This document shows positions 42,950 to 61,567 of a stretch of 64,000 nt of DNA, in pieces. Source of the DNA: Octopus vulgaris (lineage: Eukaryota). Position 1 is the stretch's first letter, and each line of letters starts with the position of its first letter. The notes below the pieces were generated by a model. The model saw only the letters and a list, made by a program, of their open reading frames with translations, had not been told where the DNA came from and did no database searches. The stretch is from assembly GCA_951406725.2 (NCBI GenBank), contig OX597824.1, forward strand, positions 69,316,001 to 69,380,000, given 5' to 3'. The translations under genes were made by a program, and so were the position numbers.

Positions 42950-43975
42950 TGTTTTCTTTCTCTTTTTAATTTTGAATAAACTTTAACCGGCCCCACTGCT
43001 TTCTGAAAATCCCAGTTTATCCAGATTCTCCTTTAAGCATTTACTAACAAATCATAGTGCTCCAATTATTATTGGTATGAATATGAATTCATAGTCTAGA
43101 TATGGGAGCTGGATGTTTCGAAGCAGTTGTCCATAGATAATTTTCTTTTTCTTTGATTTTCAAAGAGATATGTATATTTGTAGGGCAGCTAACCTCTATG
43201 ATGGTGCATACCTTTGCCTCTCTGTTCCAAAAATATCCGCCTGTTGTGCCCAAATTTGACACAAGTTTTGATGGGAATATTCCGCCAGTATTCCTTGAGT
43301 TGGTGTTTATGAATATATTCCATAACAGAGCGATTTTCTAAGTGTATTTCAGGACAGTCTTTTTTGCGGATGGCATTGTAAATTGTTTTAGCAACAACAT
43401 CGTGTCGCATTGCGAAGTAGTACCGTGACGATATTTTAGGACAGCTGCTAATCACATGCGTAATGTCTTCCAAAGAAACATGACATAGCCTACTCATGCA
43501 GTTACACCTTAGGATTACAAGAGCCCTCACTGTCTGTCTTGTTCATCAGGTACTTTGTGGCAATCTCCTGTTCCTGGATTGCAAATGCATAGCCTTAAAA
43601 TTGTGATGTGATGTAGTGGTTTTGTGTCCAAGAGAGGCTGCGCTTTGTGTCAATTCTACTGTCTTCTTCAAGCTTCTGGGCAACGTACCCATGCATGGTC
43701 TTTTATTTTGTATACCGAATGCTTTCCATCCAGGTCTTCTCTGAGTTAAGAGAGCCCAACTGATTTGAGGCTGTATAGGAGATCATCAGGAAAAGAGTGC
43801 TTCTTGAGGAGCTCACTGCCAACTCGTATAATGTTGCTCACTTCACTTCTCAACACTGCGTTAATATATTTACTTTTGCTGCTGTTGTTTAGCAGGTGCT
43901 GCCTGAGTGATACCACACGGCATTCGAAGGCCGTCTGCACTGATCTCAGGCCTCTACCACCTTCATGTTTTTCTT
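42950..43975 (-). mobile_element. R4/Dong-type RLE retrotransposon 3' fragment
   Basis: ORF 43189-43530 SRLCHVSLEDITHVISSCPK..RHDVVAK..YW.N.PI; upstream GGRGLRSVQTAFECR; downstream PIIIGAL. Confidence 0.85.
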
Positions 43976-44089
43976 AAGTAGAGCCTATCAACGTCTCTGG
44001 TTCTGTGTATGCATGTATGTATGTATGTATGTATGTATGTATGTATGTATGTATGTATGTATGTATGTATGCATGTATGTATGTATGTA

Positions 44090-44335
44090 TGTGTCCTTGA
44101 GCAAGACACTTTATTTCACGTTGCTCCAGTCCACTCAGCTGGCAAAAAGGAGTTGTACCTGTATTTCAAAGGGCCGGCCTTGTCACACTCTGTGTCACGC
44201 TGAATCTCCCCGAGAACTACGTTAGGGGTACAGGTGTCTGTAGAGTGCTCAACCACTTACATGTTAATTTCACGAGCAGGTTGTTCCGTTGATCGGATCA
44301 ACTGGAACTCTCGTCGTCGTGACCGACGTAGTTCT
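44090..44335 (+). mobile_element. SINE family C-related, 5'-truncated
   Basis: GTCCTTGAGCAAGACACTT...; 3' body matches 23778-23950. Confidence 0.8.
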
Positions 44336-44898
44336 CCACCACCACATGTATGTATGTAAGTATTTGTATCAATAAAAAAAAAGTAATTGTATCAATAAAA
44401 AGGGGGTTAAGGATCTCAGCAAAATAACTTCTTAGGTCTCTGGGAAGAAAAATAAACCAGGTTAACAAAGTTGACTAAGATTCATGTTGAACCCAAGTCA
44501 TTCGTATTTTAACAAGCCGTCACCAGTCTCATTTGTAAATCGGAACTTTAGTCATCAACTAAAATTCGTATGTTATTGCAGAGTTTCATAGAAAAGCAGA
44601 ACGGTAATAGATATTTATAAGAAAATGTAGAAAATTCCTAAATCACTATGCCTTTCGTATATCTTCCACGTGTTTCAGTCATTAAAACGCGGCTATGCTG
44701 GGGCACCGCCTTGAACAAATTTAATCGAGCGAATCGATACTAGTACTTCTTTTTCAACGCCTGGTACATATTTTATCGGGCACTTTTGCTGAACCACTAA
44801 CGTAACGGGGACGTAAACACACCAACACCAGTTGCCAAGAGGTGGTGGGGGACAAACATAGACACAAAAAACAGACCCACCCACACACACACATATAC

Positions 44899-44944
<46 letters not shown>

Positions 44945-45135
44945 TACACACACACGACGAGCTTCCTCAGTCAGTTTCCCTCTACCAAATTCACTGACAA
45001 GGCTTTGGTCGACCGATGGCTATCGTAGGAGACACTTCCCTAAACGCGCTAATTATTCTCTTTATTTAGTTCCTTCAGTTCAACCCTTGAAATATCCTTG
45101 TAGCACAAATCCTTCCTTGTTTCTTTATGTATATG

Positions 45136-45237
<102 letters not shown>

Positions 45238-45269
45238 TGTGTGTATATGTATCTGTATATCTACATACA

Positions 45270-46075
45270 TTATGACTGCCCCCTCGTTATCGAGTATGGC
45301 CATTGCACGAAACTTAACTGTTATTGGTGCTGTGATCGAATGTGACTTTTTAGCCCAGCTGAAGATCTACAATGTCTTGTATAAAATTGGCAACTAAAAC
45401 CCTTACCGGTAATAGCCGGCTGCAGTTGTAACTGGGCTTCATGTACCTTTGCCTGTCGTTTAAGTCCTCCTGCCGAATTACACTCTCTTCCACATGCCCT
45501 ACAGATATGATTAGTATGGTGTGTTACACCACCACCAGTGGCCAGGTTGTCACTCATCTGGCTCGCTTTATGACAACAAAGATGACTCTTGAGTTCAGCT
45601 TTACTGAGTCAGGGTCTTGCACAGACACTGCATGTCAGCATCATAAGAAGACCCTTCCCATCTGGAAGTGTAATAGCGATGCCCTTCCTGACATCCCTCC
45701 TTACTTTCTCATGTGCAACTCGAGATTTCTCAAAAGTGGCTGTCCCCTCGTGCACAATCCTTCTCCACCTGCTACGATCAATAGCTATGCCTTCCCATGT
45801 GTCAGGAGAGATGCAAGCATCTCTTAAGGAAGCCTTCAACAGTCCTTATACCTCTTTTTAAGTTTATGTGGAGGTCGTTCTCCTTTAGCTAACTCTCCAT
45901 AAAAGAGTTGTTTTGGCATCCTTGAATCCTTCATCCTGACCAGATGACCACTCCATCTGAGTCTTTGCTTTAACACAAGAGCTTCTATACTTTCACACCG
46001 AAAGCCTTCCAATATTTCAAGATCACTAATGCGGTCCTTCCACTTAATGCTATAGATCCCATATATGTCTATCAT
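45270..46075 (-). mobile_element. RTE-clade LINE 3' end with three C2H2-like zinc fingers
   Basis: IKWKDRISDLEIL..RLRWSGHLVRMKDSRMPKQLFYGEL..RYKD..WE..A.DRSRWR; CSVCARP*..LKSH..H, CRACGREC..GL..H, CQFY..C.S.AGLKSHIRSQH. Confidence 0.88.
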
Positions 46076-46466
46076 GATGTCTACGTGGGACCATCTTCAT
46101 GCTAGCTAACCACTTAATTTTATTCCTTCAACATGAACGCCACATTCAAAATATTGCCAAAATACTGCCTGGATTTATCTGGGATTATACCTGAGGGCCA
46201 ATACCTTCACGGACTACGGACCAACCTGCGCACCCCCTGGAAGATGAGCCGTGAACATTCTTCTATCTGTATTCTTCTATCTCCCGTTTTCTTTATAAAC
46301 TGTGAATTTCCCTATGTAGATCTTTCATACTCACCTTGTCTCTCATGACGGAATATCCAGTGTACATACATGCTAGCCTATCGCTTGGGATGTTGTATAT
46401 ATATATATATATATATATATATACAACATATATAATACATATATACACACACACGCACACACACAT

Positions 46467-46663
46467 GTTTTCTTTTACTTGTTTTAGTCATTTGACCGCC
46501 TTTAGTGGAGCAAATCGACCCCAGGACTTATTTTATCGGTCTATTTTGACGAATCGCTAGGTCACGGAGACGTAAACACACCAGCATCGGTTGTCAAGCG
46601 ATATTCGGGGTACAAACACATACAAACAAACACGCACACACACACATATACACACACATACAC

Positions 46664-46698
<35 letters not shown>

Positions 46699-46860
46699 CA
46701 TATACGACGGGCTTCTTTCAGTTTCTGTCTACCAAATCTAGCCACAAGGCTTTGGTCGCCCCGAGGCTATATTAGAAGACAGTTGCCCAAGGTGCCACGC
46801 AGTGGAACTGAACCCGAGAACCATGTGGTTGGTAAGCAAGCTACCTACCACACAGCCACA
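46467..46860 (-). mobile_element. SINE family A
   Basis: Reverse complement of 19575-19983 with small deletions. Confidence 0.85.
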
Positions 46861-47754
46861 ATATACATATATATATATATATTATATCTTTAGAAGAGAA
46901 CTAGAGGGAAGAGAGGGATGGAGTGGCAGGCCTCAAAATACTACCAATATGCCAAGACAGTTCGCCCATTGAAAGCACTTATTTATCTATTATCGTCTGG
47001 CAACTGATCAAGATTTTTCTGTTTTTTGCTTTTTCATAGGACAGACATACTAGAGATGTCAGCAGAAATTAACGATGCTGGAACAGCATAAAGCGACGAA
47101 GATGGACAATAAACAAACTCACATGTAATTATGTGTGTATGTAGTGCACATGTGTGTGTGGGTGTGCGTGTGTGTGCGTGCACGTGTTTGTGTGCTGTGT
47201 GTTTATGTTTGTTTGTGTGTGTGTGTGTGTACTAGATTACTATTTTGCATGATATGTGGCAATTTATTATGACTGACCTTAATAACAACTTGACCAATAT
47301 TCACCTTCCATCATGTAGCCAAGACCCCTATATATGTGTCTGTGTGTTAGAGCGAGTGTATAAGTATGTATGTGTGTATACATACATATAGGTATATATA
47401 TAGATGTATATATGTATATATATATATATGGTTTATATATATATAAATACATATATACATACACGCACACACACACGCATATACATATGTATATATACAT
47501 ACATATATGTATGTGTGTGTGTGTGTGTGTGCATAAATACTTACATAAGAGTACAATTGTTCTTCTTGTTAATATTAATGGCTTATGTTATTGGAAGACG
47601 GCCATGATCGGACAATTTCTTCGAGGCGATAATCTCGTAAATCAATTTGGGTATTTATGTTATTGACTTGAACTTTATTTGGTGACCTTGGAGAAGGATG
47701 AAATTACCTGAGTGAGATTCGAAACCAGATCGTAAAATGAACTGAGTAAAATAT

Positions 47755-48168
47755 CTATTTCTTTATTGCCCACATGGAGCCAAACATAGAAGGGAAAACC
47801 AAGGACAGACAAACGGATTAAGTCGATTATATCACCCCCCAATGAGTAACTGGTACTTATTTAATCGACTCCGAAAGGATGAAAGGCAAAGTCGACTTCG
47901 GCGGAATTTGAACTCAGAACGTAGTGGCAGACGAAATATCTATTTCTTTACTACCCACAAGGGGCTAAACACAGAGAGGACAAACAAAGATAAACAAACG
48001 GATTAAGTCGATTATATCAACCCCAGTGCGTAACTGGTACTTAATTTATCGAACCCGAAAGGATGAAAGGCAAAGTCGACCTCGGTGGAATTTGAACTCA
48101 GAACTTAAAGACAAAATACCGCTCAGCATTTCGCCCGGCGTGCTAACGATTCTGCTAACTCGCCACCC
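47755..48168 (-). mobile_element. Two tandem or nested SINE family B copies
   Basis: Two TATTTCTTTA..CCCACA tails at ~47757 and 47941; a single head ending at ~48168. Confidence 0.85.
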
Positions 48169-49020
48169 TAATTTCGTAAAATAGTAATTATTAAAATTGT
48201 ACTCCTCGTTTCTGAAACTTTTGAGTGCGGAAAGCGGATCCATTCGCACAATTTTCATATTTTACTTAATAACCTAAAGCAGTTTTAACCACTCGGCTTT
48301 GAAAACAAATGTCTTTTGAGGCTATGAAAAGTCGAAACAAACCCTGTGACAATCTTTTACATAGGTCAATATATCAGATTAAAGTCTTTTTGTTTTTACA
48401 TAGTCCTTCATATATAAAGGTGCAGACGTGGGTGTGTGGCAAAAAGCTTGCCTCCTGACCACATGCCTCCGACTTCAGTCCAAATGCGTGGCACCCCCGG
48501 CAAGTGTATTCAACTATAGCCTCGGGCAGACAAAACCTGTGAGTGGATTTGGTAGACAGAAATTGAAAGCAATAAAGAAATAAAGAAATAAATATTTTAC
48601 TCAGTTCATTTTACGATCTGGTTTCGAATCTCACTCATTTACATCAATTATGTATTGTTATAAACCGTCTAATAAAGGCCCAATATATTTATATATATAT
48701 ATATATAGACACACACACACACATATATAACAGACTCTACCTACGTTAGACGACTTATGAGGGTTCGACAATTTCTTACCGAACAACCACACAGAGGATT
48801 TGTTTATAGTGATCAAATGTTTGTGAAGACATTAGCTCACTCCCTCCATCAAATCGACATTACCTGTAAAGGTGCACCTGGATGCCACATGCCAGATGTG
48901 AAATGAAGTGTTATGCTCAAGAACACAACGCAACGCCCGATCTGAGAATCGAACCCATGATCTCGCAATTGTGAGTGCAACATCCTAACAACTAAGCCAT
49001 GTTCCCTCACCTATATACAC

Positions 49021-49877
<857 letters not shown>

Positions 49878-49925
49878 CTATATATATATATATGTGTATA
49901 TATATATGTATGTACTACTACTACG

Positions 49926-49974
<49 letters not shown>

Positions 49975-50542
49975 TCATATTCACTAAAGGGACAACAGTT
50001 ATAAGCTACACAACGTGGTGCCACACCGGAAATTTTAACCTTTATTTAAGTACAGACGTTATTTCCCAAGAACATGGATTTAGGGTGTATTTCTGTCAGC
50101 CAGAACTAACGATGAAGTCTCTAACAGGTCACTCGATATACTGGAAATAGAAAGCAAATACCCATTATATAATACCTCGTCGTCTCAGCGAAGGACGCAT
50201 TGGAATGATGTGTTCCCTAAAAACATGTAATGCTAAACAAAACGACTAAACGGATTAACCACGGATGGATTGCCTAAACGTGGCTTAACTGGAGGAGAAT
50301 CAGCAACAACAGCTACAAATCGAAGCGTATATAAATGGCCGGTGCACAACCTAGAATATGGTTTGGTATTTCCAGATGTTGAAGGAAAAAAAGTGATCCG
50401 GCTTATGTGCTTGTGTGTGCGCGCGCGTGTGTGTGTATGAAAGTAGGTTTGAACATATGTGCATGCATGTATGTACGGATGCATTTGTATTTTATTTATG
50501 TTTTTTTGTGTGTGTGTATCAGTATGTAGGTACCTATTTATG

Positions 50543-50574
<32 letters not shown>

Positions 50575-51040
50575 TATAGATATATATATATATAGATGTA
50601 TATATGTATTTATATATATGTATATTTATACATATATATATACACACACACATATATATATATAGATGTATATATATATATTTATATATATATGTTTATT
50701 TATACATATATATACACACACATATACATATATATACACACACATATACATATATATATATATATTGACATACACACGTATATACACATACATACAGATA
50801 CACACATATATATATATGTGTGTACGTAAGCATATATATATATATATGTATATATATAAACATGGATAGTTTTATACATATGTGTGTATGCATGTATGCA
50901 TATATATATAGACACACACACACATATATTTATGGATTTATATATATATATATGTGTGTGTGTATGTATATATATGTATATATATATATGCATATATGTA
51001 TGTATATATATGTATATATATGTATATATATGTATATATG

Positions 51041-51111
<71 letters not shown>

Positions 51112-51918
51112 GTATGCATATGCTCTGTTATTATATTTTCTGCATATGCGAGAATGATATCCGTAAGCGCTGCCCCCTTTGTGCATTATCCATTGACCAA
51201 CACAAACGGCTGTTATTTTACTACCATACTGTGTACATATATTCTGCAGCAGAAGTTTATTCATACGCATTTGATGTGCGCATTGTGTTAGATGCAGAAA
51301 ACAACATGTTATGCAGTATGTTCTAAGTTTGGTGCAAGCATTGTTTCCGATAGAAAACATGCATGGATAAGCATACATAAGACTGCAACATCTGTATACG
51401 GCCATATTGAAAGAAGAAGTAAAAAAACAAAATGTAAAGAAACAAAATGTAAAGAAAAAAAAAAATTCGCCAAAAACAACAACAACATCGATAGCCATAA
51501 CAGCAATGAGAAAGCAACTCCTACTACGGTATAATAAGAGAAAAATATTTCTACAACTGTGATCTCTAAACTCTACAGCGGCCAACGCCGATTCCAACGG
51601 ACTCTACACTACAGGTGCCGCCATTTCGAAAACCAGCGCATTAACATGGCTACCACCTCCATCACTCTGCTGCTAGGGAAGATGGTGATGATGATGATGA
51701 TGATGATGATGATAATGATGATGATGATGATGAGGAGGAGGAGGAGGAGGAGGAGGAGGATGATTATGATTATGATGATGATGATGATGATGAGGATGAG
51801 GAGGAGGAGGAGGAGGATTATGATGATGATGATGACGACGATGATGACGATGATGATGATGGTGATAATGATACGGCTGTTGCTACGTCTGCTGCTGCCA
51901 CTGCTGCTGCTGCTGCTG

Positions 51919-51951
<33 letters not shown>

Positions 51952-52240
51952 TCACCACTACCACCACCATTTTCCAAGTGTATTCCTGGGATCTTCAACG
52001 AAATAAGTCACGGTTATGTGGAGGTACTGACGATATGTTTTTTCATGTAACATAGTGTTTAGGTTAGAAATACATTCGTTCATACATGTATCAAAGTGGT
52101 ACTCCAGCATGACCGCATGAATGTGTATATGTGTGTGTCGTGCAGGTGGGGTATATATACACCAAAGAATCAATTATGAGCTAATGAGCTCGGGAAGGAA
52201 CTTTGATCCTCTCTCTCTCTCTCTCTCTATATATATACTA

Positions 52241-52624
<384 letters not shown>

Positions 52625-52914
52625 CACACACACACGCGCGCGCACTTATATGATGGACTCTCTTGTCATTAGATGGCGTATTAGGGTTCAAGAATTTCTC
52701 ACCGAACAACCACACAGTTGATTTGCTTATAGTGATCAGATGCTTGTGTAGGCATAAGCTCATCACCTCCATCAAATCGACATTACCTGTACAGGTGCGA
52801 CGGGTACCACATGTCAGATGTCAACATGATTGCAGAGCAACGTGAAATGAAGTGCTTTGCACAAGAAAACAACGCAACGCCTGGTCTGGAAATCGAACGC
52901 ATGAGTGAAGTTAC

Positions 52915-52970
<56 letters not shown>

Positions 52971-53119
52971 GAGTCCACAGTCATCCGTAGGTAGGAGAGG
53001 TGCAGCCGGAGGGTAAATGTCCAAACGAGAATCCGTAAAGGGTAGACAGAGAGTCCAGTGGAGAAGTTCGTGTGTGGTAAGAAATGACAGGATGAACATG
53101 TGCGACCACGTGAGCGTGT

Positions 53120-53305
53120 GATATATAGGGAGAGTTAACGAAAAAAACAAAAGACGAAGACAGGTGATGTACAAAACAAACAGATGTATTTGTATAACGC
53201 TCAGGAATAGAAAAAGTCTTTTACGTTTCGAGCCTACGCTCTTCTACAGAAAGGGATACAGAAAAAAACAAGGAGAGAAAAAATGTGTGTAGTGGCTAAC
53301 GATCT
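53120..53305 (-). mobile_element. pLTR-like short element with a minimal hammerhead (53218-53253)
   Basis: Minus strand CTTT-CTGTAGA-A-GAGC-GTAG-GCTC-GAAAC-GTA-AAAG. Confidence 0.72.
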
Positions 53306-53489
53306 ATCGTGGCGACTGACTTTGGACAGAAGGGTCACACACGAGAGGGGTAAAGTAGGGTAGAAGATCGTATTGAAAGATGAGTAAATGAGAGCAAAGC
53401 TGTTCTAAGTGGGAGCGTTGATGATTGGCTCTAACCACTGAGCTATGCGCCTTCAGCAACAATAACGACAACAGTAAAACCACCAACAA

Positions 53490-56600
<3,111 letters not shown>

Positions 56601-57519
56601 GCCATTTCATTAGATCCCCCCGAAAACATCAAAGGGAGATAACTTCCTTCGCCCTTTATTGTCTTTTCTCTTTTGTTTTTGTTTTTGTGACGCATTTTGT
56701 CTTTTTATTTTATTTGTTTTTGTTTTTGTTTTTTTTTTCAAAAATTATTATAAAAACTGGGTAATGTTTTATTGCAGGAAAACACGGAAACGATTAACAA
56801 GACCAACATAGCCAAAAGCGGAACTGTTAGCGCCATCTATTATCGCAACCCACCCATCCACCCATCCACCGCCAACAACAGCACCACCACCACCACCACC
56901 ACCACCACCACTACCACCATCACCACCAACATTACCTCCACTACGTAGGCACAGTGGCCAACACTAATTTTACCCCACCAACCCCTGATATCCTTACAAC
57001 TGCGAGAAAGATACGCGGATGTGTAGAAAAGAAGGGAAGAATGGCGATTGTGTGAACAAAGCTGACATTTTCAAAAATAATTTGTTATAATTAGTAAGGC
57101 TATAATATTAGGATAGCATATCAGATTGGTAGAGAAGAGCATTGTCTAGTACCTCATAAAACATAAAACGTAACTAGCAGTACTCACAAGATTGCTGTAA
57201 CCCTGTTTTTATCGCATTAACGGAGATGAGTGAAAAAGCAAAAGGCAAAATAGGAAGAGTCCGGTGAGTTTCGAACGAGGAGTGGTTTTAAGAGCGATCA
57301 GAAGACAATTAGAGCGTCAAGGCTTTTTTCTTACAGGAAAACACAAGGATCAATAACAATAATAATTCTTTCATGACCAGCAATTTGGGAGGGGGGGGCA
57401 ACTTGGTTTCATTAATGTCTGTAGCTAGTTGGTATTTTTCTTTTCATCGACCCAGAATGGATAATGGACTCAGCTGGATTCGATAGGATTGGAACACAGA
57501 ACGAAAAATTAAAAGACTG

Positions 57520-59290
57520 AATAAATCCTTTCTATTATAGGCACGAGGCTTGAAATTTGTGGGGAGGAGGCAAGTCGATAACATCGACCCCCAGTGCGTA
57601 ACTGGTACTTATTTAATCGACACCCGAAAGGATGAAATGCAAAGTCAACCTCGGCGGAATTTGAACACAGAACGCAGCGGAAAAGACGGAATAAATGCTA
57701 CTAAGCGTTTGCTCAGACTCACAAAGCCTCAAATTTTCGAGAAGAGCCCAAGTCGATTCCATCGACACTAGTATTCAACTGTTACTTATTTTATCAACCC
57801 TGAAAGGAAGAAAGTTGAAGCCGATCTTGGCTGAATTTGAACTCAGAAGATATATATATATATAAATTCTACAAATAAAATTTCATAAGCTTAAAGCTTA
57901 AAAGCGATCATCCACCGTGTATTGGCTAAAGAAAACGGTCTAATATTGGGACATATTTTCTAGTTTCTTTGGACTATATTTCTTAGTCAATACACAGTGA
58001 TCACTTATATGCTTTAAGCTTATAAAATATTATTATTTACGGAATTGTCAATCAGACATAGAAATAGAAATAAGTATTTCGTTTGTCTTTAAGTTCTGAG
58101 TTCAAATTCCGCCGATGTCGACGTGGCCTTTCATCCTTTCGGGGTCAACTGGTCCAGTACCAGTTGCGTACTGGAATCGATCTAATCGACATGCCCCCTC
58201 CCCCAAAATTTCGGACCTTGTACCTACAGTAGAAAAGAATAATATTGGTTTCAAATTTTGTCACAAGGGTAGTCATTTGGGCGGGGGTGGGGGATGAGTC
58301 GATTACATTCATCCCAGTGTTTTACTGGTACTTAATTTATCGACCTCGAAAGGATGCAAAACAAAGTTGACTTCGGCGGAATTTGAACTCAGAACGTAAA
58401 GACGAACGAAATGCTGTTAAGCATTTTGTCCGGCGTACTAACGATTCTGCCTTATAATAGTTTCAAATTTTTAGTACAAGGCCAACAATTTCAGGAGAAG
58501 GTACGCCGATTACACCGACCCCAGTACACAACTGGTACTTATTTTATCCACCCCGAAAAGATGTAAGGCAAAGTTGACCACGGCGGATTTGAACGTAAGG
58601 ACGGACGAAATACTGCTAAGCAATTTGCCCGGAGTGCTAACGATTTAGCCAGCTCGCTGCCTTCATGATAATAATAATTCTTTCTACAAGGTCTGAAATT
58701 TTGTCGGAGGGGATTGGTCGATTGCATCAACCTTAGTGCGTAACTGGTACTTAATTTACTGACCGCGAAAGGCTGAAAGACAAAGTCGACCTCAGCGGAA
58801 TTTGAACTCACCGCTAAGAATAATAATAAAAAATGATGATAATAGTTACTGATTTAGATATACATATTTCTTTACTACCCACAAGGGGCTAAACACAGAG
58901 AGGAGAAACAAGGACAGACAAATGGATTAAGTCGATTATATCGACCCCAGTGCGTAATTGGTACTTATTTGATCGACCCCGAAAGGATGAAAGACAAAGT
59001 CGACCTCAGCGGAATTTGAACTCACCGCAAAGAATAATAATAAAAATGATGATAATAGTTACTGATTTAGATATACATATTTCTTTACTACCCACAAGGG
59101 GCTAAACACAGAGAGGACAAACAAGGACAGACAAATGGATTAAGTCGATTATGTCGACCCCAGTGCGTAATTGGTACTTATTTGATCGACCCCGAAAGGA
59201 TGAAAGACAAAGTCGACCTCAGCGGAGTTTGAACTCACCGCTGAAAATAATAATAAAAATGATGATAATAGTTACTGATTTAGATATACA
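57520..59290. mobile_element. Cluster of SINE family B copies of different ages, including a 213-214-bp tandem array at 58807-59290
   Basis: Repeated ATCGACCCCAGTGCGTAA..GGTACTTA..AAAGGATGAAAG..AAAGTCGACCTC.GCGGAATTTGAAC blocks. Confidence 0.85.
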
Positions 59291-59477
59291 GTCACTAATT
59301 TCAGGGAATAGATTAAGTCGATTCTCTCGACCCAATGCATATACTATGTTATCAATACCGAAAGTATAAAGTGGCGAATTTCACCATGTTTGCCAACCAA
59401 TGGCCTACGTTGAGCACCAATGATGCTCACTCCTCATAGATTTGTTCACTATTCACTTCTTTTTCTGCTTGTATACT

Positions 59478-59682
59478 CTTTTACTCTTTTACTTGTTTCG
59501 GTCATTTGACTGTGACCATGCTGCAGCACCGCCTTTAGTCGAGCAAATCGATCCCGGGACTTATTCTTTGTAAGTCTAGTACTTATTCTATCGGTCTCTT
59601 TTGCCGAACCGCTAAGTTACGACGACATAAACACACCAGCAGAGCTTGTCAGGCGATGTTGGGGTGACAAACACAGACACAA

Positions 59683-59720
<38 letters not shown>

Positions 59721-60145
59721 TTCTTTACTACCCACAAAAGGGCTAAACACAGAGGGGACAACCAAGGACAGACAAACGGATTAAGTCGATTCCATCGACC
59801 CCAGTGCGTAACTGGTACTTAATTTATCGACCCCGAAAGGATGAAAGGCAAAGTCGACCGCGGCGGAATTTTAACTCAGAACGTAACGGCAGACGAAATA
59901 CGGCTTCGCATTTCGCCCGGCGTGCTAACGTTTCTGCCAGCTCGCCGCCTATAACACATATATATATATATACATACATATATATGACAGGCTTCTTTCA
60001 GTTTCCGTCTACCAAATCCACTCACAAGGATTTGGTCAGCCCAAGGCTATAGTAGAAGATACTTGCCCAAGGTACGACGTAGTGGGACTGAACCCGGAAC
60101 CGTGTGGTTAATAAGCAAGCTACTTGCCACACAGCCACTCCTGCA
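59478..60145 (-). mobile_element. SINE family A with a full-length family B SINE (59718-59950) inserted in its internal microsatellite
   Basis: Family A tail and head flank an intact family B element. Confidence 0.9.
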
Positions 60146-60767
60146 CCCTTCTAGGGGTAATCGGTATTTACCATAAGTTCACCACGTCTAAAGCAAACCG
60201 CTAATTTACTTGAATATGCCAATATATGTGGGGGAGGAGGCGCATGTGTGTGTATATATGCGTGTGTGAATATGTATGTATGTTTGTATTTATGTTTGTA
60301 TGTACATATGTATATACATTGTGCGTCCATATGTGTGTGTATATATGTGTGTATGTGTGTGTGTGTCTTGTTTTGCGGCTTGTGTGTTAATTCATGTATG
60401 TAATTGTTAATGTGTGTAGACCAATCATCTATAACAAAGTAATTGTCCAGTTAAAATTCTATTGTGAAAATCTCGGATCAAAGGAAGAAACACACGCACG
60501 CGCACACATACACACACGTATACACTCACTCACATGCATACACTTATCCAAACACATAAACATACATGTATTTATGCATGTATAGAAGCACCATTATTTC
60601 ATGCTTACATACACACAAGTATATACGCATACATTTCCTCGCACATAATTATAAACACGTATGCCCTAGATGGTATATATATAAATATATATATACCATC
60701 TAGAGCATACGTGTTTATATTTATATATATATATATATATGTGTGTTTTCATGTATGTATGAATGTG

Positions 60768-60813
<46 letters not shown>

Positions 60814-61044
60814 TATATATATATATATGTTATGTATACACTAGCCGCACGTGTGTATATATATATACACGTATAGATATACATTAAGACATAATTATAC
60901 ATGCTGAGACATATATATACATCTACACACATGTAGGCATTCATACATGTACTCAGAAATCTTGTATACACACCATCCATTCATTCCAAAAATATTACAT
61001 ACACCCTTATACACACAAACACATACATGTTCACGCACACACAG

Positions 61045-61110
<66 letters not shown>

Positions 61111-61567
61111 GCACACATAGACGCATGCACATATACACACAAGACGACGCACAAAAGCGAACTGAATGAAAAAAGGGAGCTACTTCACTCAGTGGCTACA
61201 AATAGATATCGTAACAATGGATTGGTGTTGCGGAAGTTCTCAGTCGAACTTCCGGTTCTTTCCAATGACAACAGGCCAATTATATCTTGAACGGTAGTTT
61301 CAGGATGGAAAAAGACAAATTTATATGAATAAGAGTTGGTGGTATGCATGGTTGGTTCGGATGGATGGACGGGAGGGCTGGTTATTGTTAGTGGTGTGAA
61401 GTTGGTGGCGTGAAGAATCTTTTGTCTCCATGTTTCTGTCTTTCTACGGCAGCTGGAGAAGCTTGTGAGTGATCACACTACTGAAAAAAGGACAACGAAA
61501 GGTTCATCCGTTCGATTCCTGCATGTAACTCTTAACTCTTAGTGCAACCTTCAAACTTCAGTTAAAA

